From NCBI GenBank assembly GCA_035546035.1, contig DASZXC010000008.1, positions 316,265-380,264 on the forward strand: a stretch of 64,000 nt of DNA. The letters are read 5' to 3'. The translations under genes and the position numbers were made by a program. The notes beneath the pieces were generated by a model that worked only from the letters and a program-made list of their open reading frames with translations, ran no database searches and had not been told where the DNA came from. This stretch comes from Minisyncoccota bacterium (lineage in GTDB: Bacteria; Patescibacteriota; Minisyncoccia; Phycocordibacterales; UBA6065). Shown here one piece after another: positions 1 through 9,346 of the stretch (positions are counted from its first letter, which is position 1; every line of letters begins with the position of its first letter).

Positions 1-322
1 CGGTCAGGATGCGGAACGCTGCCGAAGAGACGGAGATATTGAGCAAAAATCCGGTGACCGAGATCAGGAGGAATCGCAGCCGCTCTTTGTTCAGGCCTTC
101 CGTCTTTTGGGCATTTTTCCGGGCGAATACCCAGTATTTATTGAGGTAATAGCTTGTAATGACCGCCGCTATGAAGCTGATCCCTTTGAAAGCGGCGTAT
201 TCTGATTTTCCTATCGTCGAATCGTCGAGAAGCAGTAAGAAATTGAAGACCGCATAATCCACGCCTGTGTTCGCGATGCCGGCCAGTATGAATCGGATGT
301 ATCGAGCGAATTTTTTATCCAT
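1..322 (-). CDS. GtrA-family membrane protein (partial; 3' end lies beyond the window start)
   Basis: Reverse-strand ATG at 322-320. Translation MDKKFARYIRFILAGIANTGVDYAVFNFLL...KYWVFARK has the hydrophobic GtrA-like 4-TM pattern. It is divergent from the glycan genes downstream. Confidence 0.55.
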   Translation of the reverse strand, partial: MDKKFARYIRFILAGIANTGVDYAVFNFLLLLDDSTIGKSEYAAFKGISFIAAVITSYYLNKYWVFARKNAQKTEGLNKERLRFLLISVTGFLLNISVSSAAFRILT

Positions 323-410
323 GTCGTTCGTTTTCGCCCCACGCTAATACGATCGGGCCGTTCCTATTGTTCCGAAGCGGCGAACCTATAGGATCGCCGG
401 AGCGTATTAC

Positions 411-1634
411 ATGCGCATGCAATCCGGCACCGGAAAAATATCAGGCATGTGGGTATATGGGGCGTTCGCGTGCATGGCAATCGCCGCCGCCGTTTTTTTA
501 TTCAACCTCCGGTTCATGCTCGATGCGAGGCCGCCGGACTTCTCCCAGAAGACCCTGCTCCAGGCGGTCTGGCATCATTACAAGTCCGAATATCTGGAGC
601 AAGGCACGCTCCGGAGCCTCGACAAAGATCAAGGGGGCGTAACCACGTCGGAAGGGCAGAGCTATATCATGCTCCGATCCGTCTGGATCGACGACAAGGC
701 GACGTTCGATATCGCCTGGCAGTGGACCAAAGACAATATACAGAGGAAGGGCGACCATCTCATGAGCTGGCTCTTCGGCGAGCGTCCTGACGGATCGTAC
801 GGCGTCCTTACCGATCGCGGCGGAGAGAATACGGCGAGCGATGCCGACATCGATATCGCCCTTTCGCTGCTCTTCGCGTCCAAGCGATGGGGCAGCGATA
901 CCTATTTCGGCGACGCCATAGGCATCATCAGGGACATCTGGGACAGGGAAGTCGTCATCATCAGCGGTAAGCCGTATCTGCTGGCGAACGATGTCGAAAA
1001 ACAGACATCCAAAAAGGTCCTTGTCGTCAATCCTTCGTACTTCGCGCCCTATGCGTTCAAAGCCTTCAAGCAGGCTGATCCTGACCATGATTGGCTCGGT
1101 CTGGCGTCTACGTCATACGACGTGGCGCTCGAGAGCGTTAAAGATCCTCTCGACAAAGCCAGCTCGGCCGGCCTGCCGCCTGATTGGATAGGCATGGACC
1201 GCGACACGGGCGCCATCGTATCCCTTTCGCGCGCGGCGAACGTCACCACTAATTTCAGCTTCGATGCCCTGCGGTTGCCGTGGAGGTTCGCCCTCGACTG
1301 GGAATGGAACAAGGATCCGCGCGCGAAAGCGGTGCTCGATGCCCTTGGCTACCTCTCTTCGGAATGGAGCGGGCATAAAGGGATCGCGTATGCCTATGCG
1401 CATGACGGGTCTCGCCTGACTGACAGCGAGTCAGCCGCCATGTACGGGGGCACGATCGGATATTTCATGGCGTCCGATCCCTCGAAGGCAAAAGAGGTGT
1501 ATCTTTCGAAGCTCGACGCTCTCTATGATCCGAACGAATCGACATGGAGGTCGCCTCTCAGCTATTACGACGAGAACTGGGCATGGTTCGGCATGGCTCT
1601 GTATGCGGGAGAGCTTCGCAACCTCTATGAATAG
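411..1634 (+). CDS. Glycoside hydrolase family 8 endoglucanase (BcsZ-like), membrane-anchored
   Basis: The ORF contains ASDADIDIALSLLFASKRW, which matches the GH8 signature A-[ST]-D-[AG]-D-x2-[IM]-A-x-[SA]-[LIVM]-[LIVMG]-x-A-x3-[FW]. It has an N-terminal hydrophobic anchor. An alternative start is at 447. Confidence 0.8.
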   Translation: MRMQSGTGKISGMWVYGAFACMAIAAAVFLFNLRFMLDARPPDFSQKTLLQAVWHHYKSEYLEQGTLRSLDKDQGGVTTSEGQSYIMLRSVWIDDKATFDIAWQWTKDNIQRKGDHLMSWLFGERPDGSYGVLTDRGGENTASDADIDIALSLLFASKRWGSDTYFGDAIGIIRDIWDREVVIISGKPYLLANDVEKQTSKKVLVVNPSYFAPYAFKAFKQADPDHDWLGLASTSYDVALESVKDPLDKASSAGLPPDWIGMDRDTGAIVSLSRAANVTTNFSFDALRLPWRFALDWEWNKDPRAKAVLDALGYLSSEWSGHKGIAYAYAHDGSRLTDSESAAMYGGTIGYFMASDPSKAKEVYLSKLDALYDPNESTWRSPLSYYDENWAWFGMALYAGELRNLYE

Positions 1635-3090
1635 GACCAGCTCGATCAAGCCGGGAATATATATCCTCCTCCTCATGGCGTGCGCCGCGGCTTTTTCTCT
1701 GGCGATGTGGATGGACGAGAGCCTACGCCTCGACGAGGCGCAGAGCGTGTGGCAGACTTCGCGCGACCTGCCAGGCGTCATGCGCTATATAGCCAAGGAC
1801 GTCCACATGCCGCTCTATTTCATTCTCCTCCATTATTGGGAGATCGCATTCGGGACAGGCGAAGCGGCCATTAGGACGATGTCCCTCCTATTCTGCCTGG
1901 TATCGATACCCGCGATGTTTTACCTGGCGCTCCGGGCATATACTCCGCGCGTCGCATATTTCGCCTCGCTCCTCACGACCGTATCGCCATTCCTCGGCTG
2001 GTACGGATCCGAAGCCCGGATGTATTCGATGCTCTTCTTGTTCACCGCCCTCTCTCATCTGCTCTATATCAATCTGTGGAAGGCTCCTTCGCGGCGTATC
2101 TGGCTCTTGTACGGGATCGTGACGTTCCTCGGGCTCTTCACCCATATGTTCTTCGGATTCGTCGCATTGTCTCAAGCGGTGTTCTATTTCGCCCGACGGG
2201 ATATCTTTCCGAAGGGAAGCCTGGCGCGATTTCTCGGGACGGCGGCGCTCTGCGCCGTTCCCGTAGCCGTCTGGTTCGTGTATCGCCGCGTGGCGGGAGC
2301 GGGACTGTCGAATCCTGTGCTCGCGGCGCCGACGTCTTTCGATTTCTTCAACCTCTTTTCTAATTTCTTCATCGGTTTCCAGACGGACGCGGTCAACACG
2401 ATGTTCCTTTCCCTTTGGCCGCTCGCGGTGTTCGCAGCTTTCACTATCTTGAACAAGAAAAAGAGAACCGAGCCCCAGACCGGGTATCTGATGCTCGCGT
2501 CGCTCCTTCCGATCATGCTGACTTTCGCCGTGAGCGTCGCGTTCACGCCGATATTCCTGGGCCGCTATCTGATCGTGGCTTTGCCGAGCCTGTATCTCCT
2601 GGCTATCTATTTCCTGTCTTCCTACAAGCTGAGGGTCTCGAACTTCGTCCTCGGCGCGCTCTGCATCGGAGCTTTCTTCATGACCGGGTATCAGGCGGGC
2701 GACAAGGCTTCGCCAGTGAAGGAGGACTATCGATCCGTCGCGGCATACGTCGCCGCCCGCACCCGCGCCGACGACCTTCTCGTCGTATCGGCGCCGTTCC
2801 TTACGTATCCGATCGAATATTATTACCGGGGAGAAGCGCGCATCGAGACCTTTCCGCGATGGGACAGGTATACGGACGATCCTCTGCCTGAACCCTATAG
2901 CCCCGGCCTCATCGCGAAGGATTCGGCGGACTGGGCCAAGGTCTATCAGCGCGTCTATGTCGTCTTCGGCTACCATCAGCCGTACGAAGAGGACACGAGG
3001 TTCTATCTGGATACCCATTACGAGAGGATCGAAGAGAAAACATTCTCGTCTGGGCTATCGTTATACGTCTATAAGCTTAGATACCTCTGA
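1627..3090 (+). CDS. GT-C fold glycosyltransferase, PMT_2/ArnT-like (GT39/83-type), polytopic membrane protein
   Basis: The in-frame ATG at 1627 overlaps the GH8 stop (ATGAATAG). The protein is very hydrophobic with about 12 TM segments, and the first loop carries a DE motif (SLRLDEAQSVW) typical of polyprenyl-phosphate-sugar-dependent GT-C enzymes. It also has a large C-terminal soluble domain. Confidence 0.6.
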   Translation: MNRTSSIKPGIYILLLMACAAAFSLAMWMDESLRLDEAQSVWQTSRDLPGVMRYIAKDVHMPLYFILLHYWEIAFGTGEAAIRTMSLLFCLVSIPAMFYLALRAYTPRVAYFASLLTTVSPFLGWYGSEARMYSMLFLFTALSHLLYINLWKAPSRRIWLLYGIVTFLGLFTHMFFGFVALSQAVFYFARRDIFPKGSLARFLGTAALCAVPVAVWFVYRRVAGAGLSNPVLAAPTSFDFFNLFSNFFIGFQTDAVNTMFLSLWPLAVFAAFTILNKKKRTEPQTGYLMLASLLPIMLTFAVSVAFTPIFLGRYLIVALPSLYLLAIYFLSSYKLRVSNFVLGALCIGAFFMTGYQAGDKASPVKEDYRSVAAYVAARTRADDLLVVSAPFLTYPIEYYYRGEARIETFPRWDRYTDDPLPEPYSPGLIAKDSADWAKVYQRVYVVFGYHQPYEEDTRFYLDTHYERIEEKTFSSGLSLYVYKLRYL

Positions 3091-3092
3091 CG

Positions 3093-4676
3093 ATGCCTTC
3101 GAAATTCGACTTTCTCCATAGCCGGTCGCAACGCTTGCTCCTCGCGGCGAACCTTGCTTTCGCCACGGTCTATTTCTTCGTCATCAGCTTTATGTTCCCG
3201 CATGGGAACGAGGCGCTGTTCTGGATGCTCCTCGCGGGCGAGATATTCCATGCCTGGCAGGCCGTCACCTATCTCTATACCGTCTGGATTATGGATCATG
3301 AGGCCAGGCACGACCCCGATTTCATGCCCGACGTAGACGTCTATATAACCGTCGCCGGAGAGCCGGCCGATATCGTAGAGGAGACCGCGCGCGCCGCGCG
3401 GGACATGGACTATCGCTTCCATCGCGTCTTCCTCTTGAACGACGGATTCGTCGCGAACAAGGCTCATTGGCAGGACGTCGAGGCGCTCGCCGAGAGGCTC
3501 GGTATCGCTTGCATCACGCGCAAGACGCCCGGCGGCGCTAAGGCTGGGAACATCAATAACGCTTTGTCGCATACCAAGGCGCCTTTCGTCGTCATCTTCG
3601 ACGCCGACCATGCTCCGCATAAGGATTTCCTCCTGAAGACCGTCGGGTTCTTCTCGGATCCCGGGCTCGCATACGTCCAGACGCCGCAGTTCTATAAGAA
3701 CGCGCACAAGAACGCGGTTGCCCTCTCCGCGTGGGAACAGCAGAAGCTCTTCTTCGGCCCGATATGTCGCGGCAAGAATCGTCTGAATTCGGGCACCATG
3801 TGCGGCACGAATATGGTCATCAGGCGGAGCGCTCTAGAGGAAGCGGGCGGCATGTGCCAGGAATCGATCGCGGAGGATTTCGTGACAGGGCTCTTCATCC
3901 ATGAGAAGGGATGGAAGTCGCTCTATGTGCCCGAGGTGCTCGCCGAGGGGCTGGCTCCGGAGGATTTCCTGTCATATACCAAGCAACAATTCCGCTGGGC
4001 GCGCGGCGCCCTCGACGTCCTCTTTCGATACAATCTGTTTTTTCGCCGAGGACTTACTGCTGACCAGAAGATCCAGTATCTCTCGTCCGTCACCTATTTT
4101 CTTTCCGGTGCGGTCGTGCTCATGAACGTGCTTTTGCCCGTCCTGTTCCTCTATTTCGGCATATTCCCCATAAAGACGGATACGATGCTCCTGGCAGCGG
4201 TCTTTATCCCGTATATGTTCATCACCGTCGGCGTACTGTCATCGACATCGAACGGGCATTTTTCGTTCCGGGCCCTCTCGTTCTCCTTTTCCTCGTTCAC
4301 AATCCATGTCCAAGCGCTCTGGTCCGCGATGACGGGTAGGAAATCGTCGTTCTCGATCACGTCGAAGAAGGGGATAGAGGGGAATTTCCTGTATCTCGTC
4401 ATTCCGCACATCGCCTACCTCTTCCTCGTTGCCGGGGGCGTTCCGTTCGCGCTTGCGCGCGAAGGCCTTTCCGCGTCGGTCGTCAACAACTCTACTTGGG
4501 CACTCTTCAATGTCGGCATGTTCGTACCCTATATACTGGCCGCGGCGCCTGAAGGATTCGTAAAGCGGTATCTTAATCGTCTCTATGACATGATGTTCGT
4601 CCCTGAGGCCGTCGTTTCGACCAAGGTCAGGATGGTCGCGGGGCGGCTCTCGAGCATCGAGAAGGGGAAGCCATGA
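3093..4676 (+). CDS. Processive family-2 glycosyltransferase, cellulose-synthase-like (BcsA core without PilZ)
   Basis: Motifs present: FDADH (DxD), KAGNIN, AED (TED-like) and QQFRWARG (QxxRW). TM helices flank the cytoplasmic GT-A domain. It starts 2 nt after the GT-C gene. Confidence 0.8.
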   Translation: MPSKFDFLHSRSQRLLLAANLAFATVYFFVISFMFPHGNEALFWMLLAGEIFHAWQAVTYLYTVWIMDHEARHDPDFMPDVDVYITVAGEPADIVEETARAARDMDYRFHRVFLLNDGFVANKAHWQDVEALAERLGIACITRKTPGGAKAGNINNALSHTKAPFVVIFDADHAPHKDFLLKTVGFFSDPGLAYVQTPQFYKNAHKNAVALSAWEQQKLFFGPICRGKNRLNSGTMCGTNMVIRRSALEEAGGMCQESIAEDFVTGLFIHEKGWKSLYVPEVLAEGLAPEDFLSYTKQQFRWARGALDVLFRYNLFFRRGLTADQKIQYLSSVTYFLSGAVVLMNVLLPVLFLYFGIFPIKTDTMLLAAVFIPYMFITVGVLSSTSNGHFSFRALSFSFSSFTIHVQALWSAMTGRKSSFSITSKKGIEGNFLYLVIPHIAYLFLVAGGVPFALAREGLSASVVNNSTWALFNVGMFVPYILAAAPEGFVKRYLNRLYDMMFVPEAVVSTKVRMVAGRLSSIEKGKP

Positions 4677-4705
4677 AAAGGCCCGCATTTTTATGCGGGC
4701 CTCGC
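4676..4705. terminator. Bidirectional intrinsic terminator between convergent genes
   Basis: Hairpin GGCCCGCA-ttttta-TGCGGGCC preceded by AAAA, with a T-run when read on the other strand. Confidence 0.6.
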
Positions 4706-4711
4706 GATATG

Positions 4712-5215
4712 TCACCCGGCCAGAGCTTTTTCAAGCTCGTTGAGTCTGGCGACGAGCTTCAATATGCCGTTGGAGAATGCTTCCCGGGTCATATACTGGA
4801 CGAGCAGCTCTTGCGGCAGAGGAAACGCATCGTATTCGCGGAACGCATAGAAAGCGGAACCGAATAGCACACCGTTTTCGACGGAACCGAAGGCCTCGGA
4901 GATCGCCTCCATGGCGAACCAGTCATCCGATATAGCCTCCCGCATCTTCTTTTCCAGCTCTTGCCGCCTCTTTGCGACCATCAGGTCGACAAGCTTCCTT
5001 CGCCTCGGATAGAGGGCGATGCATATGCCGACCTCTTCGTCGGTCAGACCTGCAGGGATCATCCGGGGACTGAAGAACATATGCAGGTCGCCGCGGTCGG
5101 TCTTCGTCTTGAAGGCGCCGCTCGCCGCGTAATCCTGCATGCGACTCTCCTGCCGGTCGGCGCATTCCTGGAGCATCCTAGAGATAGTCTCTTCTCTGTC
5201 AGATTTATCGTTCAT
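4712..5215 (-). CDS. Hypothetical protein (167 aa)
   Basis: Intact ORF ending at the shared terminator. I recognise no domain. Confidence 0.45.
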   Translation of the reverse strand: MNDKSDREETISRMLQECADRQESRMQDYAASGAFKTKTDRGDLHMFFSPRMIPAGLTDEEVGICIALYPRRRKLVDLMVAKRRQELEKKMREAISDDWFAMEAISEAFGSVENGVLFGSAFYAFREYDAFPLPQELLVQYMTREAFSNGILKLVARLNELEKALAG

Positions 5216-5295
5216 AAGGTACGTGCTGTTTGCCTCACGCTAGAGCATTCGCAGGGCCGTGTCAATCGCGCGAGGAATCGGTGTATACTGGATCG

Positions 5296-5862
5296 ATGGA
5301 AACCTCTTCGACCGGAAATATCCCGACCATATCCCTCGGCGCCTGGAACCGGCTCGGTTCCCGCACGTATTGGCTCTTCTTGTCCCAAAAGCTGGAATAC
5401 GCGACAGGCTTTCTTATCCTCGCCGTCATATTCACCGCGGTGCGCGGAGTTTCAGCTATTCCGGCGCCGGTCGTACCGTTCGTCGGCCTCGCGGGAGTCG
5501 TCTGCTTCATCGTATTCTTCATCGCCCTCGCGATCGCCATCGTCGCGAGCCGCCTTGCGTATCGAAGCTATGAATACTGCATAGACGAAGACGCGCTGAA
5601 GATCCGACAGGGGATCATGAATCAGCAGGAGATCGCCATTCCTTATCGCCAGATCCAGACGGTAGACATCGAAAGGAAATTGGGCGAAAGGCTCATGGGC
5701 CTTTCTCGCGTCGTCATACTGACCGCTGCTGAAGACAATGGGCGAACCGAATACAACGAATCCGAGGGCGCTCTGCCGGCTATGGACCAAAAGCTCGCCG
5801 CCGTCTTCCGCGACGAGCTTCTGAAGCGCGCCAACGTCCAGAAAGTCGTAAGCGCGATATAG
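5296..5862 (+). CDS. Membrane protein with bacterial PH domain (bPH_2 / YdbS-like)
   Basis: Start taken at METSS. Two TM helices are followed by ...YCIDEDALKIRQGIMNQQEIAIPYRQIQTVDIER..., typical of the membrane-flanked bPH_2 family. Confidence 0.6.
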   Translation: METSSTGNIPTISLGAWNRLGSRTYWLFLSQKLEYATGFLILAVIFTAVRGVSAIPAPVVPFVGLAGVVCFIVFFIALAIAIVASRLAYRSYEYCIDEDALKIRQGIMNQQEIAIPYRQIQTVDIERKLGERLMGLSRVVILTAAEDNGRTEYNESEGALPAMDQKLAAVFRDELLKRANVQKVVSAI

Positions 5863-5865
5863 ATC

Positions 5866-6627
5866 ATGGATTTCATCACCGCTATCATCTTGGGAATCGT
5901 CGAGGGCGTCACGGAGTTCCTGCCGATCTCTTCGACGGGGCATCTCGTCATCGTGAATCAATGGCTTTCATTCAGCCCTGATTTCACCAAGATGTTCGAT
6001 GTCATCATCCAGCTCGGCGCCATCCTCGCGGTCCTCGCGCATTTCCGCTCGAAACTCCGCCCGCCGTTCGTTATATGGAAAAAAGCGATCGTCGCGGTCA
6101 TTCCCGCGCTCGTCCTCGGCGCGCTCTTCGGAAGCGCGATCGAGGCCGCCCTCTTTAATCCTGACGTCGTCGCGGGCGCTCTCATTATCGGCGGCGCGAT
6201 CCTTGTTTTGGTCGAAAAACGGACGCTCGCTCCGACGATCACCGAAGCGGGTGCCGTAGGATACAAGAAAGCTCTCTATATCGGCCTTGCCCAATGCCTC
6301 GCTCTCATACCTGGTACGTCGCGATCGGCCGCCTCGGTCATCGGCGCGCGATTGCTCGGCATGTCGCGGCCTGCCGCCGCCGAATTCTCTTTCTTCCTCG
6401 CCGTGCCGACGATGCTCGCCGCTTCGGGGTATTCGCTTTTGAAGCACGGCATCCATATGACGGGCCACGAGGCTGCGCTTTTGGTCACAGGCTTCGTCGT
6501 TTCGTTCGTCGTCGCCTGGGCGGTCATCGGCGCATTCATGAGATTCATCCAAACCAGGAGCTTTGCTTCATTCGGCTGGTACCGGATCGTCCTCGGCGCG
6601 ATTGTGCTTCTCTTCCTTGCGCGCTAA
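5866..6627 (+). CDS. uppP: Undecaprenyl-diphosphate phosphatase
   Basis: VEGVTEFLPISSTGHL and PGTSRSAASVIGARLLG are BacA/UppP signatures. Confidence 0.9.
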   Translation: MDFITAIILGIVEGVTEFLPISSTGHLVIVNQWLSFSPDFTKMFDVIIQLGAILAVLAHFRSKLRPPFVIWKKAIVAVIPALVLGALFGSAIEAALFNPDVVAGALIIGGAILVLVEKRTLAPTITEAGAVGYKKALYIGLAQCLALIPGTSRSAASVIGARLLGMSRPAAAEFSFFLAVPTMLAASGYSLLKHGIHMTGHEAALLVTGFVVSFVVAWAVIGAFMRFIQTRSFASFGWYRIVLGAIVLLFLAR

Positions 6628-6636
6628 TCTATCTCC

Positions 6637-7206
6637 ATGCCTTCTCTGGTAGATTCGATACTCTCGCGCGTATCCGAGCTCGATTCCTCGCTCATATACC
6701 TGGTCCAATCCATCGGTCCCGGATTCCAGGGGATAGCGCGATTCATATCGCACGGCGCTATTTCGAACCTGGTATTCCTCGCGCTCGTCCTCGGCGCGCT
6801 CCTTCTCATAGAGAAATGGCGGATCTCTCTCGAAGTCGTCATCATCGCCCTCGTATCCTATGGAGCGCTCGTGCTCCTCAAGCTCTTTTTTCACGTAGAC
6901 AGACCGTATGCGGTCGATCCGCTCGTCGTTGCGTATGACAAAGACATCGGCTTCGGCCTGCCTTCGATCCATGCGGCGATGTCGGTCGTCGTCCTGGGCT
7001 GGATCGCTCTCCGTCACCCGAAAAGCCATGTCGTCCTCTGGGGCTCGGTCGCTCTTATCGTGCTCGTCGGTCTTTCGCGCGTGTATCTCGGCGTCCATTA
7101 TCCGTCCCAGGTGCTCGCCGGATGGATATTCGGCATCCTCTTCCTTTATATATTCAGAGTCATAGACAAGCGGCTCTGGTCTCCGTTCCAAAAGAAGCTA
7201 AAATAA
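6637..7206 (+). CDS. PAP2-family phosphatase (PgpB-like lipid phosphatase)
   Basis: PAP2 motifs KxxxxxxRP (DRPY), PSIH (PSGH) and SRVYLGVHYPSQ (SRx5Hx3D-like). The protein has about 5 TM helices. Confidence 0.8.
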   Translation: MPSLVDSILSRVSELDSSLIYLVQSIGPGFQGIARFISHGAISNLVFLALVLGALLLIEKWRISLEVVIIALVSYGALVLLKLFFHVDRPYAVDPLVVAYDKDIGFGLPSIHAAMSVVVLGWIALRHPKSHVVLWGSVALIVLVGLSRVYLGVHYPSQVLAGWIFGILFLYIFRVIDKRLWSPFQKKLK

Positions 7207-7214
7207 CTAACCCT

Positions 7215-8363
7215 ATGAAGCAGCCTGAAGCAAGCCGCACTTGGATCGAGATCGATCTTGGGGCTATAGAAAAGAACGCCGCTGTCTTGAAAGCGCTCGT
7301 CGGCGCATCGGCGAACGTCATGGCTGTAGTTAAGTCGAATGCGTACGGCCACGGCATGGTCGAATCGGCGCGCGCGGCTCTGCGCGGCGGCGCGACCTGG
7401 CTCGGCGTGGACGAATTATCGGAGGCATTAGAGCTCCGCAAAGCGCGCATCAAGGCGCCGATACTGGTTTTGGGGTACACGCTCCCGACGCTCTATAAAA
7501 CCGCGGCGGAAAAGGATGTCTCTCTCACCATTTCATCCCTCGAATCGCTTCAGGCCCTGTCGCGGGCGAAATTGCCCAAAGCCAAGGCGAATATGCTCCG
7601 CATCCACGTGAAATTCGATACGGGCCTCCACAGGCAGGGCATTTTGGAGACCTATGTCCAGCAAGCGGTGCGCTTGCTGACCGCAAAGGGCTTTCCTGCT
7701 GTCGTCGAAGGCGTCTATACCCATTTCGCCGCCATGGAAGATCCGATGCACCGCGAATATTCCGAGGCGCAGGCGCGATCATTCCGCGCCATCGTCGCGA
7801 AGATCCGCGAAAAGGGATTGAAGCCGATCACGCATTCGTCCGCGTCGTCAGGGATACTTTTCTCCAAGGACTTTCATTTCGATATGGCGCGCGCAGGAAT
7901 CGCCCTCTACGGCCTCTGGCCGTCGCGGGAGATAAAAAAGTGGGCCGAAAGCGTCGGCGGGGAGGCATATGTGCCGAAACTCGCTCCCGCTCTTTCATGG
8001 AAAGCGATCGTCTCCGAAGTGAAGCTCATACCCAAGGGTGCCAAGGTCGGCTATGACCTGACGTTCGAAGCGAAGCGCCCGTCGAGGATCGCCGTCATCC
8101 CGGTCGGATACTGGCACGGCCTGCCGCGCTCGCTTTCGAACAAAGGCCAGGTCGCCATCCGCGGCGCTCGGGCCAGTATCATCGGCCGCATCTCGATGGA
8201 TATGACCATCCTCGACGTCACCGACATACCGAGCGTTCGCGAAGGCGACGAAGCGACGATCATCGGCGCGGGTATGGGCGTCGAACAAGTCGCCGAAAGG
8301 GCGGGGACGATCAATTACGAGCTCGTCACGCGCATTAATCCCCTTATCCCTCGAATATCATAA
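7215..8363 (+). CDS. alr: Alanine racemase
   Basis: VVKSNAYGHG is the PLP-lysine motif. Start taken at MKQPEAS; the longer ORF start at 7122 overlaps the upstream gene. Confidence 0.9.
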   Translation: MKQPEASRTWIEIDLGAIEKNAAVLKALVGASANVMAVVKSNAYGHGMVESARAALRGGATWLGVDELSEALELRKARIKAPILVLGYTLPTLYKTAAEKDVSLTISSLESLQALSRAKLPKAKANMLRIHVKFDTGLHRQGILETYVQQAVRLLTAKGFPAVVEGVYTHFAAMEDPMHREYSEAQARSFRAIVAKIREKGLKPITHSSASSGILFSKDFHFDMARAGIALYGLWPSREIKKWAESVGGEAYVPKLAPALSWKAIVSEVKLIPKGAKVGYDLTFEAKRPSRIAVIPVGYWHGLPRSLSNKGQVAIRGARASIIGRISMDMTILDVTDIPSVREGDEATIIGAGMGVEQVAERAGTINYELVTRINPLIPRIS

Positions 8364-8641
8364 TGGCCCATATCAGCAGAAAGCGATCGGCGGCGCTCCT
8401 CATTATCGCGGGATTTTTCGACCTTCTGTCGCTCGTACCAGGGCTTTCGGAGATCGTATCCATCATCGGTCAGATCGTTATGGGATGCCTATTCTTTACC
8501 CAGGGCGTGAACGTATTCCAGGGTAGGCAGGCGACGCTCTATATCGTCTCGACCCTGGTCGAAGCGATCCCTGCGACGAGCTTCGCCCCTATGTTCCTGA
8601 TAGAGACCTTGGTCCTCATATCTTGGTCAAAGAGGCGATAA
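8363..8641 (+). CDS. Small hypothetical membrane protein (92 aa)
   Basis: ATAATGG stop/start overlap with alr. Two hydrophobic segments. Confidence 0.45.
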   Translation: MAHISRKRSAALLIIAGFFDLLSLVPGLSEIVSIIGQIVMGCLFFTQGVNVFQGRQATLYIVSTLVEAIPATSFAPMFLIETLVLISWSKRR

Positions 8642-8696
8642 TTTGCCCTTTTCAGGGCGCCGTGATACTATCCCCCTACAACTTTTATTCAATCCC

Positions 8697-8852
8697 ATGT
8701 CCCAGGACCAACTCATCATTCTGCGCAATAAAGAGACCGGCGAGGTCTACTATAGCCGCAAGAACAAGCGCAAAGTAGAGCGCAAGATCGAGCTCAAGAA
8801 ATACTCGAAGAAGCTCCGAAAGCGCGTCACCTTCAAGGAAGCGAAGAAGTAA
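8697..8852 (+). CDS. rpmG: 50S ribosomal protein L33
   Basis: MSQDQLIILRNKETGEVYYSRKNKRKVERKIELKKYSKKLRKRVTFKEAKK follows the L33 pattern ...ELKK(F/Y)...R.HV.(F/Y)KE.K. Confidence 0.8.
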   Translation: MSQDQLIILRNKETGEVYYSRKNKRKVERKIELKKYSKKLRKRVTFKEAKK

Positions 8853-8884
8853 GAAAAAACCGCCGATTAGGCGGTCTTTTCTTG
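8853..8884 (+). terminator. Rho-independent terminator after rpmG
   Basis: AAAAAACCGCC-gatta-GGCGGT followed by CTTTTCTT. Confidence 0.7.
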
Positions 8885-8967
8885 ACCCGTTTCAATTAAT
8901 CAGTATAAAGATATGAGAATCCAAGGCATCCAGCCGGGGACGTAAATTCACATCGGAGAATCAATCT

Positions 8968-9291
8968 ATGCCACCCTTCGTCAGTCTTCCTAAAGGCACG
9001 ATCATCATTAAGCGGCACACGGTCGCTGTACTCAGCAGAAAGCCCGGCGCTCGAAAAGCCTTGATCGGTCTGTGCGAACAAGCATCTACAGAGCTCAAGA
9101 GCGACCGCATGCGTTGGCGCGCTCCGGAGCATCAATTCCGCTGGTATTGGGAAACTATTCACCATTTCAGCGTCAAGCTTTTGAAAAAGCCCGAGCTCGA
9201 TCTTGTCGCAATGCTTCGTAAATTCACCGCGAAGACGAATTTCAACGCAACCGGCTACAATGCCGCTCTTTCCCAGATCCTTCCCTCGTGA
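8968..9291 (+). CDS. Hypothetical protein (107 aa)
   Basis: GGAGA lies 9 nt upstream of the ATG, and the gene has its own terminator at 9301-9330. Confidence 0.45.
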   Translation: MPPFVSLPKGTIIIKRHTVAVLSRKPGARKALIGLCEQASTELKSDRMRWRAPEHQFRWYWETIHHFSVKLLKKPELDLVAMLRKFTAKTNFNATGYNAALSQILPS

Positions 9292-9300
9292 GGGATTACG

Positions 9301-9330
9301 AGCTCCGCCCAGTACGGCGGAGCTTTTTGT
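9301..9330 (+). terminator. Rho-independent terminator
   Basis: AGCTCCGCC-cagtac-GGCGGAGCT followed by TTTTTG. Confidence 0.7.
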
Positions 9331-9346
9331 TATCTACCATCTGATG

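Noticed and set aside
7122-7214. N-terminal extensions of several track ORFs (alr from 7122, miaA from 11805 with GTG, parB from 11727 with TTG, gyrB from 32324, dnaE to 41106, the pfkB kinase to 21839, fba from 21556)
   Set aside because: The extensions overlap neighbouring genes or tRNA genes and lack homology. Internal ATGs that restore the conserved N-termini were chosen instead.
8896-9165. 89-aa minus-strand ORF overlapping the 8968-9291 plus-strand hypothetical gene
   Set aside because: The plus-strand ORF has an SD and a dedicated terminator. The minus ORF has neither.
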